DNA of 63,855 nucleotides, filler included, from Olpidium bornovanus S191 (Eukaryota; Fungi; Olpidiomycota), in NCBI GenBank assembly GCA_017911155.1. It is 33 parts of 33 records of this genome, joined end to end, with 100 filler letters (N's around TTAATTAATTAA, not from the genome) between each part and the next. Parts side by side here need not be neighbours in the genome. Positions count along the whole stretch, not along the records: positions 23,336 to 24,935 come from JAEFCI010003343.1; positions 25,036 to 26,233 come from JAEFCI010007022.1; positions 26,334 to 27,404 come from JAEFCI010005841.1; positions 27,505 to 31,444 come from JAEFCI010002110.1; positions 31,545 to 32,745 come from JAEFCI010003327.1; positions 32,846 to 37,535 come from JAEFCI010000809.1; 27 more parts are not named here. One strand, written 5' to 3'. The stretch's first letter is position 1. Every line of letters begins with the position of its first letter. Below are positions 24,611 through 34,745 of this stretch, one piece after another. Under the pieces are notes generated by a model. That model saw only the letters and a list, made by a program, of their open reading frames with translations. It was not told the origin of the DNA and ran no database searches. A program made the translations under genes and the position numbers.

Positions 24611-26333
24611 CTTACAGCAAATGCAAAAAAAGATGTGATTTTTTTTTTTCCTTCGAGCGTGATGTGTCGTCACCAGGTGAAAGGAAAACAACAGGCGGGA
24701 TGGGGCGGAGGGAAGAACAAATTGGCTTTCGAACGATCACTTTTCCTGTGGAAACTCCTGCAAAAGAGCAGCAGCCTAGGGCAGAGTGAAGAGAAAGCAC
24801 CTGTCGTCTCAGAGCGGTGGAGCAGAGGGAGGAGAGGACACGTGGCGGAGGGGGGAAGGCCCGGCTGGAAAGCGTGATGCTGGGGGGGGGGGAAGTCGTC
24901 GATTACGGCGTGCTGCGTGTCAAATGCGGCGCATGNNNNNNNNNNNNNNNNNNNNNNNNNNNNNNNNNNNNNNNNNNNNTTAATTAATTAANNNNNNNNN
25001 NNNNNNNNNNNNNNNNNNNNNNNNNNNNNNNNNNNCCGGAATGACTCGCCAAAATACTTCGCTTGTTGAATTTGGACGATGAGCGTCCGTTGCGCCGGAA
25101 CTGTCTTGCTTCCTCTGACTTGCGCAATTTTTACTGCGTGGCGTCGTATGTGCATGCATTTTGTTGCGTTTCGTCGGAAGCAGCCGAAGCCAAACTCGAG
25201 ACGGTAATGAAGGCTTTTCTACTTTGTTTTGGGGTGTTTTACGTGTTCAGGTCGTCCGTATTCAAACTCGGTCAGGCAAACTCTCCTCCCCAGGAGGAAT
25301 TTCAGGAGGCTGATGGCCTCGAACAGTGCTGGCGGGACTGGGCCGGCAGGGCCGTCGTGAACGACCAGGCATAATTGAGTTCAGACACGAAGGTCAATCT
25401 CCGTCCCAAGGAACCCATGCGCGAAGAACAATTTTTGGGATACGTGCTTTGGATGGCGCCCGAGTTTATTTGTGCAACGCTTCGAAGACCAGAGGGGTGG
25501 CGCATTCTCTGTCAGTGGCCCACAAGCATCCCGTAGGCGGGCATCGATGGACCAGAGCCACAGAGCCCTCTTTCAAGACCTCATGCGCCGCAGTTTAAGG
25601 GCTTAATACTTTATCTTCCTCGCCACGTCCTCCACATTGATGGTAGGGCCGGGGGGGACTGCAGGAAAGAAGGCGCGAAGGTCGGCAGATATAGATGACT
25701 TTACTCTCTTCCCAGCGTCGACAGATGCAGACGAGGGATTCGCTCCTTCGCCGGCGACGGTGATGATAATCAGATCACTGTTTCTGCAGTGTCACACATT
25801 GTCTTCGGAATCCGAGTTCTGAACCGTCGTTGGCGGTCCAGAACAAAAAAAAAAAAAAAAAAAAAAAACGATCGCTGTCTCTGACGCCAGATGCTACGAA
25901 GAGTTTGCCACCTTCGGCAAAACTGGGTGGAAGCAACTTGAATTCAGCCCCAATATCTCATTGGCCTTGTCAACTGCTTACCGCGTTTGGGTTATTCCGG
26001 CGGAGTGGCCGCGTTCCGCCACCGGTGGGTGGACGCGCGCGGCGGGACCCGCATACCGCCGGGGAGGGTGAAACTATGTTTTTCGTCCGCGTTTGTGCCA
26101 ACGCGGTCAAATCATGGCACGAAATTACGGCGGGCATTCTGCCTACGCTTATTGAGAAGGGCGACGTTCTCTGCTTCCGAGTTTCAACGTTCTGCCTCAA
26201 CCGCAGACCCCCAGCCGGGCACAATGAAGACCANNNNNNNNNNNNNNNNNNNNNNNNNNNNNNNNNNNNNNNNNNNNTTAATTAATTAANNNNNNNNNNN
26301 NNNNNNNNNNNNNNNNNNNNNNNNNNNNNNNNN

Positions 26334-27371
26334 ATACAAACCCGACATACGATGTTCCCCGTACCCCACCAGAAAGAGAAGCGGCACTTTCAGCAGCCGC
26401 CGCTGCTCAACACGATCGCGCCGCCGCCGCTTCCGGCGGGCGAGCTCTTCATGAGCAGAAGGGGCGTCAGGCAGAACCCCAAAAACAAGGACAGCGAGGT
26501 CTGGAAGACCCCGTCGGACGCAAGTGAGCTCGACTCATATCTTTTCTTTCTTCTTTTCGTTTTTTCTTTTTCTTTTTTTTTTTTTTTTTTCTTTTTTCTT
26601 TTTTCTTTAAGGTTGCCTCTCCCGGTCGATGCAGCGATTTGGCCCTCCTCCCGGTGTTTGGAAGCGCCGTCGGTGACTCGGGAAACTCGCGGCGAGATGA
26701 CGAAAACCGTTTTTCTGCCCAGCGAACCGCTTCTTCCGAGTCGACCAGGCCGACGTCGAGAAGGAACGGCGGATCCAGCGGCGGGGAAAGTACGCCGGAA
26801 GGAAAAAGGTTTTGCAGGCTCATCAGGCAGCATTGGAAACAGCAAGGTGGGAACAGGCGACGGAAAATTATCGCAGGCGCAAAGAACTGGAAGAGCGTAA
26901 GAGGGCCGGCAGTAAGCTAGGGTGCAGCAGGTGGGAAAAATGCCAAACCGCCCCGTGTAGGGAGGAAAGGGGGGGGGGTGCGGGGGAAGAGGAAGGGGTG
27001 GGGAGGAGGGAGGCGGTCGAATTTCTCCCCGATACGCTCGCTCGGTGCTGAACGGCAATTATTTTTTTTTTTTTTTTGCAGCGTCAGTTACAGTCCTGTG
27101 AGCGTTGAGTACAGGCGCGATCGGGCAGGCGAGCTGCTTCAAAAGGCAGACGCAGAGGCCAAGGCAAGAGCGAGCTTCCTCTGCTGGTTTTTGCAGGCGT
27201 GGGTTGCAAACCAGACCGATCTGATCCGTTTATCAAACGCGGAATCAGGCCCGCGTAGCAGAGCGCAGCGAGTGTTTGTACCACAAGGCGAACACCTACA
27301 ACCCGTTGACCGGCGAAGACATCAGGCCGCCGCCAGACTTGGCCGGCAGAAGCTGGCTGCGGCGGTACTAG
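26334..27371 (+). CDS. Uncharacterised multi-exon protein, 3' part, with a GC-AG intron
   Basis: Phase-compatible exons give ...EVWKTPSDATNRFFRVDQADVEKERRIQRR...ARWEQATENYRRRKELEERKR...YSPVSVEYRRDRAGELLQKADAEAK|ARVAERSECLYHKANTYNPLTGEDIRP...* (stop at 27369-27371). Confidence 0.55.
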
Positions 27372-27579
27372 ACCATTCTTCGCGGCAGACCGTTAGAAAT
27401 CATGNNNNNNNNNNNNNNNNNNNNNNNNNNNNNNNNNNNNNNNNNNNNTTAATTAATTAANNNNNNNNNNNNNNNNNNNNNNNNNNNNNNNNNNNNNNNN
27501 NNNNAGGTCTAAGTACATCTAATGTTTGACAGGAGTGGTCCGTGTCTGCATATTTTGTTTTTGGCTGCTCATCCGGTTG

Positions 27580-30500
27580 CTATTTCGAGCGGTACTCCTT
27601 CATCTGCTTCTCAACTGCATCCATGAATTGCGTCGTAGTGACGTAGTGCTCGCGCTTGAGGCTGGAATTCGACAAGCGTCAGCGCATAAACTTGGCCCCG
27701 GGCCACGACGCGGACCAAGTTATTGAGCAAAAAAAAAAAAAAAAAAAAAAAAAAACGTGTAACCCACTCCTTTCCGTGGATTGCCAACGCAAGATCTGTG
27801 GGAATTCGGAAGGCGGCATGAGTTTGGCCAACAGCCGAAGCGCGAAACACTCCCGGAAAAAACTGTGTGGCGTTTCCCGCCTTTTCCTCTTCTTCCGTCG
27901 TATAGCGAAATGTCAGGGCTCCCCCCCTTCCCCCATACCCCCCCCACTGCACCTCACCTTTGGTCATAACGTTGTTCTTCCAGACGGTATCGATGGTGGC
28001 CCGCTCGAGGTCGTCGCAGAACTTGGTCAACTCCTGGTTGCTGTCCAACCGAGCCCGGTGAGCGAGGCCCCGAGTCCACGCAAATATGGAGGCCATGGGA
28101 TTCGTCGAGGTCTCTCTGCCCTTTTGGTGCTCGCGGAAATGGCGGGGCACGGTTCCTGAAAAATCGGTCGGCCGCGAAGGAAGCAACTGCGATAAGCTGG
28201 GCGTACAACGGGGCGCATGCCATTTTGTTAGGAAGTCGTCCCGTGCACGCACCATGAGCCGCTTCGGACTCTAGGGTCTTCCCATCAGGGGTGATAAGCA
28301 CTGAAGTCATTAATCCCAATGATCCAAACCCTAGTGGAAGCATGGATATATTGCTGAGTAGAGGATGTGAAACCTTTTGCAAGGCCCGTTTGCAAATTTT
28401 CATCCCAGCTTACCTTGCGCGAGAATGTCCGACTAAGAGCCAGGAGCGTGTGGCAGACAGTATGCAGCCAACGCGGAATCGGCCATGTTACGTAGGTTAA
28501 GGTCCAGCCTAGATTTCAGACCTGACCTTTTTACAAAGGCGCAAGTGAAACAAATGGAATATACCTGGACCTGCACCGGCATTTTCCGAATAGCAATAAC
28601 AGATTTACAGTCACAGGTGAATGAATGAAACTCTCACCGTTCAGCATAGAGCCGACGCAAACCAGACGTACATCACCGTCATAGTTCTAGTAATTTATGA
28701 AGAAAGGAATTAAGAACGATCAACAACAGGCACCCGTGATGTGGAACGCAATGAGCGCGAAATTTGCGCAGCACGGGCGAGACTCCTTGTACCTTGGTCG
28801 CCCAGACAAATCCGCCGGAGCTCTTCAGCGCTTGAGCAACCATGTCGTCAATGAGCCGATGTTCGTACCAGATCTTGTTCGCTTCGAAATCTTCGCGGTA
28901 ATCTCTGCCGGCGCATATCACATTTTTCACGGTAAATTGACAGAAATAAGAAGCACGACCAACGGCGTATTGACGCACGCTTACTGCTGATATATACGCT
29001 GGAAGATGTCCTTGAACCGGCCGTCATACTTCTTCAGGATGGTGTTCTTCGTGCTCAGATACAGGGGCATCTTCTTCACGAGCGCCATCTTGAAGCAGCT
29101 GTGAGCGAACCCTTCGATTGACTATTTTTACATGTTCCCGCAGGATTTCACGCCGTGATGGAATCAAGTATGAGCGTTGTCCCTGTCATGTGATCCCAGC
29201 CAGCTGGAACGAGCCGCTCCTCAACCTACGTCATCGAGGTTGTACATCCCCATTCCCACTCCAGGCCCCTGCCGGGTTAGAAAAAAAAAAAGAAAAAAAG
29301 AAAAGAAAAAAAGAAAACGAAAAAGGCAACAAGTGTGGTGAGTTACAGGTAGTATACATATTTCGGGCGCCCCCAATATTTTCGTTCAACCTCACCGGAA
29401 AATCGAAAACTCTCCAAGTGGTGGGCTTCTTGCTCTCGTCATCCGGGGTGAACACCATGTCAAACCTTCCCTTCTCTTTGACAACGAAATCTGTAGCCCG
29501 ATACTGCACAAGGAAATGATGGACAGCACAAATGGCGAAGAGGGGTGAGGAAATCAAACGGTCGAAATACCTCGCGCCTCTTCGGCGGCGCGGGAAAGTA
29601 TCCCGCGGTCCCCGCGGCGCGCACCGAACTTCGTCGTCTACCTGGTCACCAAACGCGTGCCGACCGATGATGATCGGCTCCGTCCAGCCCGGAACAATCC
29701 GGGGGATGTTGTCTACCAGCAGGGGCTCGCGAAAGACGGTGCCGCCGAGTATGTTCCGGATCGTCCCGTTCGGCGACTTGTACATCTCGTGTAATTTGAA
29801 CTCCTTTACGCGCTCTTCGTCCGGGGTAATCGTGGCGCACTTGATGCCCACGTTGTACTTCTGGATGGCCTTGGCGGCGTCGACCGTTACTTGATCGCGG
29901 GTCTGAACGCGAACCCCGCGAAAATCGTTTCGTCAGCCGAGGGGACGGAACCCGGCCGGGAAGAGCGCATCGTCAAAAACCGACCTCGTTGCGGTGCTCG
30001 ATGCCAAGATCGTAGTATTTGGTGTCGACTTTGACGTACGGAAAGATCAACTATAGGCGCGTACGGCGGTGTAGAACATAAAAAAGAAAACAAGTTAATC
30101 AAAACTGAGTTGATGCCAAATCCCAACTAGCATATGCAAAAAAAAATCATGGCAATGTGCAGACCTTATCCTTGATCTAAACAAGCAACGGCCGAAACCG
30201 AAAACCGGCGTTAGATGCATGGTTCAATCGGTAAGTCCCCCCCGCTTTGCAAACGAAAACAAACCATCTGCCATATGATCCTGGTCATCTGTGCATTTAG
30301 ACCAATTTAACGCGGCGCCGGTTTAAAAATCTGACGGCGGCACGAAATTTTGCTTCGCCAATCAACGGAACCACCTCATCGCCGTCAAGGTCAACAACTG
30401 GGTTGGCGACAACGATCCGCGAATCCGAGCCATCTGAAAGGGCAGGAGGGGTGGAGGGGAGATCGCCGTTTCCAAACATCATTCAGTCCTATGCGCAATG

Positions 30501-30761
30501 CCGGATGCGCGCGCCGAGAGATTTGCCGCGACAAAAGCGCGCTTTCCTGCCCGTCAGAAAAGGACGCGGCATCCGGAGAAAGAATCGTCGCAAAATCCTT
30601 TTAACCGAACGGTAACACGACTCACGGCTTCGACGCTGGCTGCAGGCCGGACTAGGGCCGCCGCGCGAAGCGTCCGGCCGGCAGTGATGCTGCAGAGCGG
30701 CAAGGCGCGAGGCGGCAACCGCGGAAGGGGTTCTTCGGGCGAAGCCGAGAGCCGAGGACAT
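27580..30761 (-). CDS. IDP1: NADP-dependent isocitrate dehydrogenase, mitochondrial, apparently complete and multi-exon
   Basis: Arg/Ser-rich presequence ([10 protein letters not shown]...), [75 protein letters not shown] and [16 protein letters not shown]. Last exon [26 protein letters not shown]. Confidence 0.97.
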
Positions 30762-31382
30762 GGCCCCGCGCAGTTTCTGCGTGTGTGGTGTGTCTGTGTG
30801 TGGGGGGGGAAGGGTGGGGAAGGCAGGACTTGAGCGCGCCGGTTTCCTTGGAAAAGAAAAAAGGAAAAAAAAAAGAAAGGGAGACAAGGCAGCCTGCCCA
30901 TAAGGGACGGCACCGGTTGGGCGCGTTGACAACGACAAGATAACGGGCCCGTTCAGGCGCGTGCTGCCGAGCGCCGGCGGCCCTCGCTTTGCCCCGCGCA
31001 GGCCGACGTGTTTCTTTTTTCCCCATTTTCCGGGCGCAACCTGGAGGGGAAGTCGAAGCCAAATCGGTTTTTTTGTCTTTCGTTCTTTTTTTTTTCTTTT
31101 CCCCGAACCGTTAGGTTAAGGGTTTACAGGAGTTCCTTTCGCTTTTGGCCTCCCGCCACGTGACCGTAACCCTCACGCCAAGTGACCGTAACCACTCGTA
31201 GCGGTTCGGGTCCGCCGCGAAGAAAGCGCGTTCAAGGCCGGGAAAGGCGTGCCGCCGTTTCGGTCGGTAAGATCCGAGCCAGCCCGGTTCGAGAAATAGC
31301 CGCGAATCGCGAGTCCGCCTTTTAATGGGGCTAAGTGCCGGCGTCGGCGGGCCCCGCTTTGGCGAGAACGGTGTTGGACTAA

Positions 31383-31431
<49 letters not shown>

Positions 31432-32845
31432 AAAAAAAAACAAANNNNNNNNNNNNNNNNNNNNNNNNNNNNNNNNNNNNNNNNNNNNTTAATTAATTAA
31501 NNNNNNNNNNNNNNNNNNNNNNNNNNNNNNNNNNNNNNNNNNNNCCCCGGAATGCGGAATGCTCCGCGGGGATGATCACGGGGAGGGGCTTCTCGCGGCA
31601 CGGCTTTTGCCGGACCGGAGAGCTCTCGGCACAGCCTCTGGCGGAGCGGAGAGATGGCGACGGCCGCCGAAATTTTCCACTCTTCGACGGGGCCGAAAGG
31701 GTTGTGTGCGTTTGAAACCTCCGGAAGGTACGCGGAAATGCCTGCATTCCAAATGTCCTCTGATGCACCCTCCTCTCGCTGCGCCGCCCTCGGCGACGCT
31801 CTCCTCCGCGGCGCCCTCCTCTGCAACTCCCCCGCCTGCCGGCCGACGCGACCGGGGACGGGGGATAGGAGAACGTTGCCAGGTTGCGCTACCGCGGCGC
31901 GCGGAACCCTGCGGAACAGCGGCACGCTCATCCCAGCAGAGCCCTGCAGCCGGCAGCCTGCTTCCACAGAAATATCGTCGGCGTGAAAACTGCGGTTCGG
32001 GTCCGCCACGAAGTCGGCTTGCTCTGTCATATGGAGAAAGAAAACCGTGTGTCCGATGCGGGACCGGACCGAGCGAACCTTGACTAGGAAAGCGTGTGTT
32101 TTCCTTCTATATGCACTGCGTGTGCTCACCACCTCTTCACTCCCGTGGCCTTCGGTAAAACGGTTGTCTCCTCACAAGCAAACAACATAAACAACAAACA
32201 CACAAGTTCCGCTGGAATGGTAACCCGACCCGGCGAGGCGTCGGCACTGGGCGGACCGTGTCGGCGATACCGCGCGCCTTCCTGTAAAGCACACTGTTGC
32301 GACCGCCAAAACCGTGTTGCTGGTACGTCCTAGGCGCCGCGCACCCCAAGGCACGCACACACGCTTGCGCCCGGCGCGGCACGACTCCGCCGGTCCCGCG
32401 CGCGCGCCGCGGGTGGGACGGGCCGCCAGCGGACGCTCCCTGCGTCCAGCGTCGATATGCATGCAGACTGGCAGGAGTCTCTGCCGCCGCGCTCCTTCTC
32501 CCGCCGCCCGGCACTCCCCCGGCGCACAGCCGGAAGCGCAACGGCGCGCTCGAGCAGCGCCTGTGCCAGCGGCGAGGCGGGGCGCGCGTGTGTTTGGTGT
32601 GCGTGCGAGAGTGCGGGCGTGGCGTGTGCCGTTTTTTTTCGACCCGGGAAAGGCGGTTTCTGGGGGGGGGGGGGGGGGGAGAACGGGGGGGGGGGGGGGG
32701 GGGGGGGGGCACGCCCGGAATGAACGACGGACGTGAACCAAAGGANNNNNNNNNNNNNNNNNNNNNNNNNNNNNNNNNNNNNNNNNNNNTTAATTAATTA
32801 ANNNNNNNNNNNNNNNNNNNNNNNNNNNNNNNNNNNNNNNNNNNN

Positions 32846-33785
32846 TCATGGTAGCTTAGATTCCCAACCATACCAAAATATTGTGAGTGTCTCAAAGAGT
32901 ACTGTGTTAGCCAAATCTTACACATTTAATTCTGTCTGAATGTGATGTTAACTTACTAAACTAGCACTTGAAAATAACCCGATAATATTACTATTAGTAT
33001 TCACTTACGCCAAACCTGATCACTTACCGCCAAAAAAAGATCAAAGTGGAAAATTTCGAGACTTAGCACGCTTATAAAACTCAACGAGGATTTTCAAACA
33101 AGTTAAAGCGCTGCCCGATCTGATCACTGGATGTTGAGCACACCGCACTCGAAAAAAACGTGAAGATAATACTAATAGTATTTCCTTATCCCAAAGCTGA
33201 TCACTGCCGCCAAAAAAGTGATCAATGCAGAAAATTTCGAAACTTGGCACGCTTATAGTACTTGACGAGGGCTTTCAAACGAGCTAAAGCGCTGCCTGAT
33301 CTGATCACTGGATGTTGAGAATGCAGCATTCGAAAAAAACGCGAAGATGGTACTAATAGTATTCACTTACCCCAAACCTGATCATTTGCTGCCAAAAAAT
33401 GAGATCAAAGTGGAGAATTTCAAAACTCGGCACGTTTATAGTACTCAGTGAGGGCTTGCAAACGAGTTAAAGGGCTGCCAGATCCGATCATTGGACGTTG
33501 AGAACGCAGCACTCGAAAAAAACGCGAAGATCGTACTAATAGTATATTCCCTTGTCCCAAACCTGAGCACTTGCTGCCAAAAAATGAAATCAAAGTGGAA
33601 AATTTTGAGACTCGGCACGCTTAGAGTACTCGACGAGGGTTTTCTAACAAGCCAAAACACTTTCAGATTTGATCACAGAATTCTGAGAATGCAACACCCG
33701 AAAAAACCGCGAAGATTGTACTAATAGGGTTAACTTCACCCAAACCTGATCATTTGCCAAGAGCAGAAGGGATCAAAATAAAAAT
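32846..33785. repeat. Degenerate AT-rich tandem array, about 5 units with a 183-bp consensus (observed periods 181-185)
   Basis: The anchor TACTA(A/T)TAGTA recurs at 32989, 33170, 33351, 33534 and 33719; AAAC/GCTGA recurs at 33012, 33193, 33374, 33559 and 33742. Whole units align. The first unit, at the contig edge, is the most diverged. Confidence 0.93.
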
Positions 33786-33787
33786 CT

Positions 33788-33950
33788 TTGCTCACGATTG
33801 CTGTGGCGGAATGCGCTTGGTTACAAGGCGTGTCAAATTCCAATCTCAGGAAATCTACGACACAAGCGTGTTATCGAGCGGTGGGTGACGCAGTGTGTGT
33901 CCCTGTCATCGCCTGGATATCTGAGTTCCTAATTGAACCTACAATTCGTT
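33788..33950 (+). pseudogene. C5 DNA (cytosine-5) methyltransferase remnant, motifs IX and X, bacterial-type
   Basis: LLTIAVAECAWLQGVSNSNLRKSTTQACYRAVGDAVCVPVIAWISEFLIEP aligns without gaps to recalled M.HhaI motifs IX-X (ECARVMGYPDSYKVHPSTSQAYKQFGNSVVINVLQYIA). The conserved Arg of ECARL is TGG (33818-33820), one C-to-T change from CGG. There is an in-frame stop just upstream at 33779-33781. Confidence 0.75.
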
Positions 33951-34745
33951 ATAGAATTGACTTGATCGTCTTGAGCAGAGAGAGAACGAGAAAGAACGCT
34001 GCGGGTGTGTGTGTGAAGAAGGCCTTCCCCTTCCCCTCCCGTGAAGGGAAAATTGACAGCCCAGGCGAGTAGTTTCTACATTTCTACATCGGGGAAGCCC
34101 CCGCAATCCCCCGCCCCGACAGGCGCCGCAGGGGGACCTCTCTTCCTTTGCCGGAGGTTCAAGCGCAAGCGTCGCCATCTGCCCAAAGAAGCCGTCAGTC
34201 TCGCACGAAGCACCAGGGCGTGCCCCATTGTACTCGCGTACACCGGCGGCAAACAAAAAAAAACGCCTCCCGCGAAAGCGCACCCCACGTACCGAGCAAA
34301 CTCCGGAAAAGACTCCAAACCAAACCCTACGGAACCGCGAGTGCAGATCAAAGTTACGTGCACCCCGGGCGGGGGATGGAGCCCCGGGGGGGGGGGAAGA
34401 GGGGGTGGGGAGGCGGGAATGCGGGCGGAAATGATAAAAATTATAGATATCGGGGAAGAAAAATAAATGCGACGTGCGATGTGAAAATTGGGGGGGGTGA
34501 CACCTGTGGTGGGTCAGGTCAGTAAGGAAATCCGGCGTTGAGATGGGAGAGAAACCTGTCGGCCTGGATCGCCGTTCAAACACCGGTTTTGGCGTGAAGC
34601 GGCCGTGTGCAAGTATTTGGCTGTTGTCGAGAAGGGCGAAAGGGAGCCGGGCCCCGCAAACGTCGGGGCGTTCGGCGTCTCCTTTTCCGGGCGCTTTCGC
34701 TCTATTGCTCCTGTAAAAGGTCCGGAACACGGTCCACTTTGAAAT

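Noticed and set aside
32846-33785. Possible CRISPR array
   Set aside because: The whole unit is repeated, with no short invariant repeat alternating with unique spacers and no cas genes; the context is eukaryotic.
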